IMG/VR virus record: IMGVR_UViG_3300031576_000049
Span: 1 to 57,453 of that record
Direction: 5' to 3' (one strand)
Length of the DNA: 57,453 bases
Source: a virus
Lineage: Duplodnaviria; Caudoviricetes
Part shown: positions 47,611 through 55,528 of the stretch, piece after piece
Layout: each line of letters opens with the position of its first letter
How positions within the stretch are numbered: position 1 is the first letter of the stretch
Program-made: the position numbers and the translations under genes
Notes under the pieces: generated by a model
What the model was told of the DNA's origin: nothing
What the model saw: the letters and a program-made list of their open reading frames with translations, nothing else
Database searches by the model: none

Positions 47611-48249
47611 TCAGAATGGTACATCATCGAACGACGCCGCCGAAGATGCGCCGCCTGGCGTGATGCCGGCGTTGCTGGGCTTGTAGGCGACGATGCGGGC
47701 CTGCGCCGCTACCTCGCCCTTGCAGGTCGGGCATTCGCCGACCGCCCGGTGGCCGCCATCGGCGGTGGCTGGAAACTGCCGAGCGCCCTTCATGGTTTCT
47801 CCGCCGCAGTTCTGGCAATAGCCCCGCCACTTCACTGTGATTGAGACCTGGGACTGGCTGAGCAAGGCCGCATGCAGGGCGCGCGCCAACTCAAGGGCTT
47901 TGGTACGAGCCTCGACCGTACGCCCCAAAGCCTTCAAGACGCCGACCATCCGGCAGGTGCCGGAGAACGGCGAGATCAGGGTGTCCACGAAGTTATCGAA
48001 CACAGGACGGTCATCCCACCGCTCGCCGGGTGCCTGAATGCGCGCTTCGATGTAGGCGGTAATGAACGGTCGGCCGTCCTTGGCGGTGCCGCGTTTGAAT
48101 CCCTGGGGACCGAGCAGGAGCACGGCTAGGTGATCGCCCTCCGGCGGCGGTGGCGGAAAGGCGAAGGCTTCGGCCTGTGGGTCGAACTCGACCTCCTCAG
48201 AAGTAAGCGAGAGGTCATTGATGTCAATTGCTTCTAGCTGTTGAGGCAT
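47611..48249 (-). CDS. Putative single-stranded DNA-binding protein
   Basis: Acidic C-terminal tail FDDVPF, CQNC...CPTC, downstream of the ATPase. Confidence 0.6.
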   Translation of the reverse strand: MPQQLEAIDINDLSLTSEEVEFDPQAEAFAFPPPPPEGDHLAVLLLGPQGFKRGTAKDGRPFITAYIEARIQAPGERWDDRPVFDNFVDTLISPFSGTCRMVGVLKALGRTVEARTKALELARALHAALLSQSQVSITVKWRGYCQNCGGETMKGARQFPATADGGHRAVGECPTCKGEVAAQARIVAYKPSNAGITPGGASSAASFDDVPF

Positions 48250-48267
48250 GGTTTTCTCCTTAAATTA

Positions 48268-49206
48268 TTAACCGCTTGGTGTTGGTGGCTTCACGCCGAG
48301 TCGGCCGGCGGCTTCGACGGCCAAGTCGTCTTCAAACGCCAAGAATGCGTCTAACCCGTTCTGCATCTCGCTGCCCACGATGCGCGGCGTCAGGAACCCG
48401 CCAGGCCAGCGTTTCAAGAGCTCGCCGTGCATCTCCGCCGGCACCCGCGCTTTTGCGCTGTAGAAAACGCCAGTTATGGGGTCCGGATGCCGGACGAAAT
48501 ACATGCGGCCGAAACTCACCGGTACGCCTTTCTCCGCCGTCACGGGATCGACCGATTCGCCAACCCTTACCGTGAACGCATCGAAATGCAGCACGTCGCC
48601 AAACCATTTGTGGGCCCGGCCAATCGCTTTACGTCCAGGAATGTCGGGGCCATAGATCGGTTTTCGCTGATTGTCCTCGCCCGCGGCCTCATGCGCCGTC
48701 CACAGCACACGCTCCACAGGCAGGCGACTGAAGTTTATTACCAGATCGTGGCACTCCTCCTGAACAAAGCCGAAGTACGACATGTTGGAACCGTAAAACG
48801 TCTCCTCCCGCTCAACGAAGGTGTAGTTTGGATCCTGCGAGAGGCTGATGCCTTTGGCTCGCAAGCCAGCCAACAGCAGTTCGCCGTTTGAGGTCAGCCC
48901 TTCGATAGCGTAACCGCCGACGCCGCGCAATACATCGCCCGGGGAAGGCGCCAGCCTGCCATCGAAAATCCAGTCGCCACGACTCAGCTTCCGGAGCAGT
49001 CCGATAGGTTCTTTGGCACCGACGATTGACAAAACCTGGATGATTCCGGCATCGATGTAATGCTGGATCGGATCGGTCCCGCCGGGGTCGGCCGTAATAA
49101 GTCTGGTCGGTTTGCCGGTTTTCTCATGGATGTACCGGGCGAACCGTCCGACCTGGGTGGTCTTGCCGACGCCCGATTCGCCAAACAGCATGGTGGTGCG
49201 GTTCAT
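48268..49206 (-). CDS. AAA_24/Sak4-like ATPase (recombinase)
   Basis: GESGVGKT, YAIEGLT, WTAHE, YGPDIPG. Confidence 0.8.
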   Translation of the reverse strand: MNRTTMLFGESGVGKTTQVGRFARYIHEKTGKPTRLITADPGGTDPIQHYIDAGIIQVLSIVGAKEPIGLLRKLSRGDWIFDGRLAPSPGDVLRGVGGYAIEGLTSNGELLLAGLRAKGISLSQDPNYTFVEREETFYGSNMSYFGFVQEECHDLVINFSRLPVERVLWTAHEAAGEDNQRKPIYGPDIPGRKAIGRAHKWFGDVLHFDAFTVRVGESVDPVTAEKGVPVSFGRMYFVRHPDPITGVFYSAKARVPAEMHGELLKRWPGGFLTPRIVGSEMQNGLDAFLAFEDDLAVEAAGRLGVKPPTPSG

Positions 49207-49243
49207 AACTCTTGAGGCTCCGTCGGGTCCTTCATCAGTTCTT

Positions 49244-50701
49244 TTATCCTAAACAGCCATGTCCGGTGATTTCGTGTTCCGGTTGGTGGTGCGGTTCCCG
49301 CCATCGCCAGGCTTCGGCGTCATCCTCCGGCCGTACTTGATAATCGGGGACTGGCCCCCAGCATAGCGTTTCATAGTACGGGCATCGCGAGGGCCACAGA
49401 CAGGATTGACGATGCTGCGCGAACAGATTGTTGAGATCATACCGAACGCGGGAACTGTTGCCATCGTGGATGGCTTGGTTGAGAATGCTGGAGGAATCGG
49501 CGATGGCGTTTTCCTGCGCTCTGGCCTGCGCCCACCAGTCCTGGACTTCATCGGCGACGCGAAAATACGGTGCTGGCCGGACAATCTGCCGGCTAAGACA
49601 CGGGCCGGCATCGGGCTGCACCACACCGGCTTCGAGCATATCGAGCCACCCTTTGACGCCGCCAACCTCAGCCGATTGCCAGACCGAAAACGGCTCCCAC
49701 CCTTTGCCCAGGCGATGACCGACGCCCCCAGGGCAACGTCGGCCTTGCCCGTTGATGTGTTGGGCAACGCATTCCCAGCGGTAGGACCAGGCGTATTCCC
49801 AGGCGCTTTCGCTCCCGACGGCGGCGATGGGCCGACGCCAGCCGCGCACCAGAGGCGACCATTGCACCCATTGACCGGAATCCTCGGGCCATTCCCGGCG
49901 ATCGCCTTTCAGCAGATAAATCATCTGGACGCCCATTACTACGTCGGTGGGCGTAAGGGCCAAGGCGCGGCAGTGTTTTTCGCTGTCGAGCAATTCGGTG
50001 AATTTCGCCTGAAGGACGGTCAAGTCAGGATCGGGCTGCCGCAAAATGTCTTGAAAATTCTCCCGCTGTCGGAGGGCAACTGATTTGGCCGAAGTCCGTC
50101 GCTCCAGCAGATCGTTTTCAAAGGCAAGCAGTTCGGCGATGCCTTGGTCGTCGTGTCGCGCTTCGGCCTCCATACGTGCTGACCAGTGACTGCCTGTCGT
50201 CTTCCAAGAGCCGATATAATAATCCCCGGTTGAACGTTGGCGCAGCCCGGCGTCGGGGCGCGACATCAACCTGAGATCCAGGCTGTCTCCGGCGACCGTA
50301 AGAGGCAGCGCCAGTTCGCGTTCGGTTTCCAGGATCTCAAACTCGTCGGTAAGTCCAGGCAGCACTTCCAGGGCGAAAAGCCGGACCAGCCCTTCGACCA
50401 TCGCAACCTGTTCCTCGATGTCGAGCACGCCGCCCTCGGTGTGGATGCCTCGGTTTTCGGCCTGGCGCTGGAAGAATTCGGTTGCGAAACGGACGGCCAT
50501 ATCGGTGGGTGACAAGACGAGCAATTGGTGAATGCCCTCATGAACGGCGAGGCCGACGGTCAGGGCGAGATCGGTCGAGCGCGGTACGACACCACGACCC
50601 TTGTACTCGTACTCCCACCAGCGGCGGCGCGGGCACCGCCGGTAAGTTACGATTCGGGAGCGATCGGTTAGGCGCAAATTAATCACCCTGCTTGGCGCCA
50701 C
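49244..50701 (-). CDS. PD-(D/E)XK (Cas4/AddB-like) exonuclease
   Basis: CPRRRWWEY, GLAVHEG, ETERE, SRPD, SWKT, C-terminal CLWPSRCPYYETLC. The start is uncertain. Confidence 0.8.
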   Translation of the reverse strand: MAPSRVINLRLTDRSRIVTYRRCPRRRWWEYEYKGRGVVPRSTDLALTVGLAVHEGIHQLLVLSPTDMAVRFATEFFQRQAENRGIHTEGGVLDIEEQVAMVEGLVRLFALEVLPGLTDEFEILETERELALPLTVAGDSLDLRLMSRPDAGLRQRSTGDYYIGSWKTTGSHWSARMEAEARHDDQGIAELLAFENDLLERRTSAKSVALRQRENFQDILRQPDPDLTVLQAKFTELLDSEKHCRALALTPTDVVMGVQMIYLLKGDRREWPEDSGQWVQWSPLVRGWRRPIAAVGSESAWEYAWSYRWECVAQHINGQGRRCPGGVGHRLGKGWEPFSVWQSAEVGGVKGWLDMLEAGVVQPDAGPCLSRQIVRPAPYFRVADEVQDWWAQARAQENAIADSSSILNQAIHDGNSSRVRYDLNNLFAQHRQSCLWPSRCPYYETLCWGPVPDYQVRPEDDAEAWRWREPHHQPEHEITGHGCLG

Positions 50702-50948
50702 TGGTCTTCCACTTAATATAGGCTTCGACCTGTTGTCTAGATCCGAAACAGGCAACGGGAGCCTCATTGCATAAAAATGAGACGATCTCGCCCATTCGTT
50801 CCCTGTTCTCGGAATTCGCCCAGTTGAAAGCCCCTATAAAATTGTTCTCTAAGACGCAGTACAGAAAATAGCCGGGCCGGATCCCATTCTCGATGTACTG
50901 TCGCATACCGCTGCGCAAACCAACTGGCAGCAGATTGTAATTTAACAC
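50679..50948 (-). CDS. Hypothetical phage protein
   Basis: YIENGIRPGYFLYCVLENN...NEAPVACFGS; lower GC. Confidence 0.7.
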   Translation of the reverse strand: MLNYNLLPVGLRSGMRQYIENGIRPGYFLYCVLENNFIGAFNWANSENRERMGEIVSFLCNEAPVACFGSRQQVEAYIKWKTSGAKQGD

Positions 50949-51208
50949 GACGATTCCTTTTTTGGCCCGCGCGACCGGGGGCGCTCGACGATCAGCCGCT
51001 GGCTGATCGCCTGGTAGTCCTCGCGGAAGTGGTATAACCACCAGCCGGTGGCCCGCCCGGCGGCCAGCAGCACGGCGCCGAGGAACGTCAGAAAACGGCC
51101 GACCAGGAAGAACGGCAGTTCCAACGGGTGCAGCCAGGGCTGGTCGGTCCCAGATGGCTCTACCGACAAGCCCGCCAAGAGCTGGATCGCGGGGGGTTTA
51201 GAGTCCAT
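50942..51208 (-). CDS. Small membrane protein
   Basis: Hydrophobic segment; follows a near-leaderless promoter. Confidence 0.55.
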   Translation of the reverse strand: MDSKPPAIQLLAGLSVEPSGTDQPWLHPLELPFFLVGRFLTFLGAVLLAAGRATGWWLYHFREDYQAISQRLIVERPRSRGPKKESSC

Positions 51209-51216
51209 GGCCTGCT

Positions 51217-51246
51217 ATATTACGCCACGGCGAAACCAGATGTCAA
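51217..51246 (-). promoter_or_regulatory. Promoter of the replication operon
   Basis: TTGACA-N18-TAATAT, 8 nt before the ATG. Confidence 0.7.
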
Positions 51247-51413
51247 GAGCTATTTTTCTGGGCGGCGAGTTGCATCGCGGCCCGCCGAGGAATCACGAAC
51301 ACTGGCCCGCGCGTTTCCTTGACGACACGCGCCTTCAGCCGGCCGGCCCTCACCATCTGCTGGATGCGGCGGGCGGATAAGCCGGTCAGTTGGGCGACCT
51401 CGCGGGTGGTCAT
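51243..51413 (-). CDS. HTH_17/MerR-like DNA-binding protein (56 aa, absent from the ORF track)
   Basis: MTTREVAQLTGLSARRIQQMVRAGRLKARVVKETRGPVFVIPRRAAMQLAAQKNSS. Confidence 0.8.
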   Translation of the reverse strand: MTTREVAQLTGLSARRIQQMVRAGRLKARVVKETRGPVFVIPRRAAMQLAAQKNSS

Positions 51414-51421
51414 GGCCCTTG

Positions 51422-51450
51422 ATTATACGGCGTGGCGAAACCGTCGTCAA
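51422..51450 (-). promoter_or_regulatory. Near-consensus promoter for the HTH gene
   Basis: TTGACG-N17-TATAAT, 8 nt before the ATG. Confidence 0.75.
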
Positions 51451-51611
51451 GCCGCCCGTGACTGACGTGCGGAAGCTGGTTAAGCCGGGGCAGGCAGTAA
51501 AGACGACTTCGCCCATCTGGCTTGCGCCGCTTTATATGCGATCCGGCTTCGCTGTTTTCCTGTCAGATTCTTCATTCGACGGGCCGCGCTAATCTTTCCG
51601 AGCGGTCATAT

Positions 51612-52799
51612 TCAGGGCGGGCCGAGGGCCGTCGCCTTTAGGCTGGCGAACCTTGACCCGAACCGGTAAATAGCCTCCGCCCGATCCTGCTGGTCCACTA
51701 CCTGCATCAATACCAGCTCTTCCAAGCGCCGGGTGACGGTGGCTGGCGGCAGGCCGGTCATCCGCAGGATCTCGCCCCGGGAAGTTTCCGAACCGTCCGG
51801 GATGGCTCCGATGATGGCCGCCGTCGAACGTGGGATGGAATCCAGGGCCACCCGCCGGGCCAAGGCAAAATCCTCTATCGCGACCATCGGCCGACGGTTG
51901 ATGGCGGCGTGGGCGCGGGCGATCTGCCAGAGCACGCTGGCGATGCGGCTGGGCGTTTCCGCCTCCGGCACTTCCTCAATGGTTCGCCGGGCATCATTCT
52001 CGCGGTGGGCGCGCACGCGCAGCCAAGCTATCAGCTCAGCGAGGGCAGAAAGCTGGTCGCTTGCAGGCGTTGATTGGCGGGGAACCTCAACCAGACCCGC
52101 CGGCCGGACCCAATCAACCACCAGTCGGCGTAACTCTGAGCGGATTTTCCGTTCTTCGCCCAACTGCCCAATGGCCATGCGCCCAGCATCCTGCGGCGGC
52201 GGACTGCGCCAGTGGACGGCCACGAAGCGGTCGCCCAGGCTGCGGACGGCGGCCCAGTATCGCTCATAATCTGGCGTGGTGGCGGCGATCAGCGTGATCT
52301 TGCCCTGCCACAATAGCTTCCGCGACGCGCCCGTGTCCCTGGGCAGTTCGCCGTCATAGATTTCCCGGAGATTCGCCAGGATCTGCTGTCGGTCATGGGG
52401 ATGTGCGCTAAGCAGGGTGCCGAAATCCTTCATCAACCAGATTCGACTCGGCCCCGAGCGATGGAGCAGGCTATATTTGTTTTTGCCCTGGTCAAAGGCC
52501 GACAGGAAGGCCCGAGGAGTCAGAACGGAGACTGGCTCGGTGTCCGGCAGGCTGCGGAGGCCGCCGATGGCAATCTCGCTCTTGCCAGATCCGGGCGTAC
52601 CAACCACCAAGAGCCAGACAGGCTTCTCAGCCAGCCAATAGTGGCCGACGGTGGCGGCGATCACGACCCTAAGGCCTTCCAGATCGGGTCGGGCAAACCA
52701 CCGCGTCAGGTGATTCTCCAGGGCTTGCCAGCGCTCGGCGGCGGCGATCTCAGCCCCCGTTACGACGGTGGTGGAAGGTGACATGGAGGCGTGGATCAA
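51612..52799 (-). CDS. P-loop ATPase, putative replicative helicase with C-terminal winged HTH
   Basis: GTPGSGKS, WLMKDFG, LREIYDG, LGDRF, SRGEILRMTGLPPATVTRRLEEL. Confidence 0.7.
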   Translation of the reverse strand: MIHASMSPSTTVVTGAEIAAAERWQALENHLTRWFARPDLEGLRVVIAATVGHYWLAEKPVWLLVVGTPGSGKSEIAIGGLRSLPDTEPVSVLTPRAFLSAFDQGKNKYSLLHRSGPSRIWLMKDFGTLLSAHPHDRQQILANLREIYDGELPRDTGASRKLLWQGKITLIAATTPDYERYWAAVRSLGDRFVAVHWRSPPPQDAGRMAIGQLGEERKIRSELRRLVVDWVRPAGLVEVPRQSTPASDQLSALAELIAWLRVRAHRENDARRTIEEVPEAETPSRIASVLWQIARAHAAINRRPMVAIEDFALARRVALDSIPRSTAAIIGAIPDGSETSRGEILRMTGLPPATVTRRLEELVLMQVVDQQDRAEAIYRFGSRFASLKATALGPP

Positions 52800-52886
52800 C
52801 TCGACGACTTTTCAGAATATACGCGACTTCCACCAGGTTTTCAAGGGCTGTTTTCGGTCGCCGGAAAACATTTTGGCGGTGGCAAA

Positions 52887-54170
52887 TCAGTTCAGAACTT
52901 CGACGGCAAACTGGCGGATCGACCAGGTGTGGCCGGCGACGGCGGCCGACCACTGAATGGTGACTTCCAGCAGCCGGCTGACGGTGGTATCAAGCGATTC
53001 GACGGCGGTGTTAGGATCGGTCTTGAAGACGGAATTGATGAAAGCGTGCGGCAACTGCGATTCGGCGTCGCCAGTCGCGGAAATCGTTTTGGCGATGACC
53101 AGCCACTCTGCGGACCACTGCACGTTGGTGACGGCGGCCGCCGTCGAGACAACCGAATGCCAAGTGACGCCGGCCACTTTAAACCGCAACGTGGCCGTGT
53201 CGGTGCCGTTGGCCGTCGAATAGACGCCGGTGGCGGTGACACGGAAGGCACGATTCGCAGCCAGAGTGTTGGCCGGCACGGTATAAGAGTTCAGGGCCGT
53301 CTCGGTCACGGTGTTGGCGACCGTTGTCACTGTGTAGTCGGCCTTGGCCGTGCCGTGCAGGGGAACGTTGTCGGTCAAGCGTTTGCCCTTCGGTATGCCG
53401 GCGGAAGACACAGAGCCGACGACGACGGCGGCCGAATCGGTCCACTGCTGGAGATCGCCGGTCTGGGACGCCAAGCCCTGGACGGTAGCGGCGACCGAGG
53501 CGGCGGTGGCGGGCTTGGCCGTCAACCCGCCGGTCGTGGTGGCGGCGCCGGCGGCCGTCACCAGGAATTTCGCGGCGCCAACCTCCAGACTGTTGGTGCA
53601 GGTGTTTCCCAGTAGGCACAGCCGCTTGTTGGAGTTGTCCCAGAAGAAATTGGTGTTGTCCTGGAGGTAGACGCCGGAAGAACCAGTGACGAACGGGACG
53701 GAACCCGCCGTGAAGACTGTGGTTGTCCCGGTTCCACCCTCACCGGCGCGCACCGGAAAGCCTTGGCCTGGCAGGTAGCCGCGGTAGTTGGCGCTGAGAT
53801 TTGGCGAGACGCCGCCAGTGAGCGCCGTCAGATTTGCGGTTAGAAATAAATGATTGGCGTCAGCCACTGAGAATGTCCCGGAGGATGTGCAGGTTTGCGT
53901 CGATTCGGTGGACCAACTCACCGCGTCGTTGGACTTCTCGATCAGCAAGGTGCAAGTGGCGGGCGCGCCGACCGTCGTCCACTGGAACACATGGTTGGTG
54001 ATGCCGATGTTGCGAACGTCGGCGAAGATCAGGCTACGGCCGGTCGCGGTCTGCTGCTTGAAGAGTTGAGCGTAGATGGCGGACGTGCCGGAGACGGCCG
54101 AGGTCTGCGCCAGGCAGGCGGCGGCGAAGGCCCCGATCAGCGCAAGGATACAGAAGAGGCGGCGGATCAT
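52887..54170 (-). CDS. Signal-peptide protein with fibre-like beta-rich body
   Basis: MIRRLFCILALIGAFAAACLA; GGTG...AGSVPF...NFFWDNSNKRL fibre-type motif. Confidence 0.7.
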   Translation of the reverse strand: MIRRLFCILALIGAFAAACLAQTSAVSGTSAIYAQLFKQQTATGRSLIFADVRNIGITNHVFQWTTVGAPATCTLLIEKSNDAVSWSTESTQTCTSSGTFSVADANHLFLTANLTALTGGVSPNLSANYRGYLPGQGFPVRAGEGGTGTTTVFTAGSVPFVTGSSGVYLQDNTNFFWDNSNKRLCLLGNTCTNSLEVGAAKFLVTAAGAATTTGGLTAKPATAASVAATVQGLASQTGDLQQWTDSAAVVVGSVSSAGIPKGKRLTDNVPLHGTAKADYTVTTVANTVTETALNSYTVPANTLAANRAFRVTATGVYSTANGTDTATLRFKVAGVTWHSVVSTAAAVTNVQWSAEWLVIAKTISATGDAESQLPHAFINSVFKTDPNTAVESLDTTVSRLLEVTIQWSAAVAGHTWSIRQFAVEVLN

Positions 54171-54190
54171 TTGGATTTTCCTCCCTCTTG

Positions 54191-54460
54191 TCAGGGTATC
54201 AAATTGGCGGCGGATTTGGCGGCGGCGGCGTGGTTCTCAAGTAATTGGCGAGTAGCGTCCTCAAGGGTGGGGCCCTCGGCGTGGAGCGCTTGAACCTGCC
54301 GGCGGGTGTCGTAGGCGTCGATGACGGTTAGGATGGCTGAGTGCTGGCGGACGGTGATGTGGAGGCCGCCGGTCGCCGCCTCCAGCCGCCGGATGATGGC
54401 GGCGATCTTCGACTCCTCGGCGGTAGCCGCGGCGGTGGCGGGACGTTTCGGGCTAGGCAT
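54191..54460 (-). CDS. Hypothetical protein
   Basis: 89-aa ORF with AAGGA RBS. Confidence 0.55.
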   Translation of the reverse strand: MPSPKRPATAAATAEESKIAAIIRRLEAATGGLHITVRQHSAILTVIDAYDTRRQVQALHAEGPTLEDATRQLLENHAAAAKSAANLIP

Positions 54461-54783
54461 CTTCCTTCATTTTAAGAAGGAATACGGTATTTGTAAACCT
54501 TTTGTATGCCTGGGGATTGATCCAACATCTTGCGAAGGCCAACTTGCAGTCTTGTGGCGCCTGCCAGTAGACAGTCTATGGCGTCCAATCGGCGTCGGCG
54601 TTCACGTTTCATCAAGGTCGTCCGTCTTGCCGCCGGAGGCAGGCCGTGAGGTCCCCGGCCCGCCCCTTTGCGGCTTCCGCGTGCGCGCCGCCGGCAAGGA
54701 GAAGAGAACCCGGCGGCGATCTTTTTGTTAAGTTGGCCCATTCTGCCACAAGCTGCCCTGGACCGCAAGCCGTATTTTCAGTC

Positions 54784-54873
54784 TGGCGGAGGAAGGGGGA
54801 TTCGAACCCCCGAGGGCCTTTCGACCCTATCAGTTTTCGGGACTGCCGCCTTCAACCGCTCGGCCATTCCTCC
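54784..54873 (-). tRNA. tRNA-Ser(CGA)
   Basis: GGAGGAA acceptor, D-arm, anticodon loop CCCGAAA, long variable arm, TTCGAAT T-loop, G73 and encoded CCA; TAAAAT -10 just upstream. Confidence 0.9.
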
Positions 54874-54926
54874 GCGTTCTATTTTACGGCAGTGACGGCG
54901 GGCGATTCCCGGCTTATAATAGGCCG

Positions 54927-55214
54927 ATGGACCTGCGCTCCCCGGTGGCCACGGCGGCCGTCACGGTCGTCACAGCGTCAATCACGGTGGTGACGCTGGC
55001 GGCTGCGAACGCCGCCCGAACCGGCTTGTCGGTGTACAACGATTCGACTGCGCAACTCTATCTGAAGGAAGGCCTTGGCGCGTCGTTGACGAACTTCACG
55101 GTCATCATGCCCGGCAAAGCGCTGTATGAAACGCCGTTCCCGGCCTATCCCGGAATCGTGACAGGTATCTGGGATTCGGCGACCGGCAGCGCCAAGGTCA
55201 CGGAGCGCGCGTGA
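54927..55214 (+). CDS. Small beta-sandwich protein, possibly structural
   Basis: LAAANAARTGLSVYNDSTAQLYLKEG; TATAAT 6 nt before the ATG. Confidence 0.7.
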   Translation: MDLRSPVATAAVTVVTASITVVTLAAANAARTGLSVYNDSTAQLYLKEGLGASLTNFTVIMPGKALYETPFPAYPGIVTGIWDSATGSAKVTERA

Positions 55215-55525
55215 TGACAACAACTCCGGTGGAGACGGTCGGGCTGGCGCTGCTGGCGGCGATCCTGATCTGCGAACTGGGGCAGTGGGCGCCTTGGCGG
55301 CGGCTGGCCCGAACTGAGACTCCGGCCGCGCCGCCCGGCAAGGACGTAAGCGCGGAGATGGCCGAACTACTGGAGCCGCCCGGTGCCGACGTGCATATCT
55401 ACGATGTGGTGACCGGATGCTGCACCAGGCGTCTGCCGATGGGCCACGCCGAGATCGAGAACTACCTGCGGACGCCTGGCTTCTTGGTGCATTATCCCGA
55501 CGGCCGTGTCCGCACAGCACGCTGA
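55211..55525 (+). CDS. Hypothetical membrane protein
   Basis: N-terminal hydrophobic segment; GTGA overlap. Confidence 0.55.
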   Translation: MMTTTPVETVGLALLAAILICELGQWAPWRRLARTETPAAPPGKDVSAEMAELLEPPGADVHIYDVVTGCCTRRLPMGHAEIENYLRTPGFLVHYPDGRVRTAR

Positions 55526-55528
55526 AAG

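Noticed and set aside
49244-50701. Cas4 as part of a CRISPR system
   Set aside because: No repeat-spacer array or other cas gene was seen. The context (Sak4-like ATPase, SSB) fits phage recombination.
52791-53615. Long antisense ORFs here and across the genome
   Set aside because: These are high-GC shadow frames of better-supported genes on the opposite strand.
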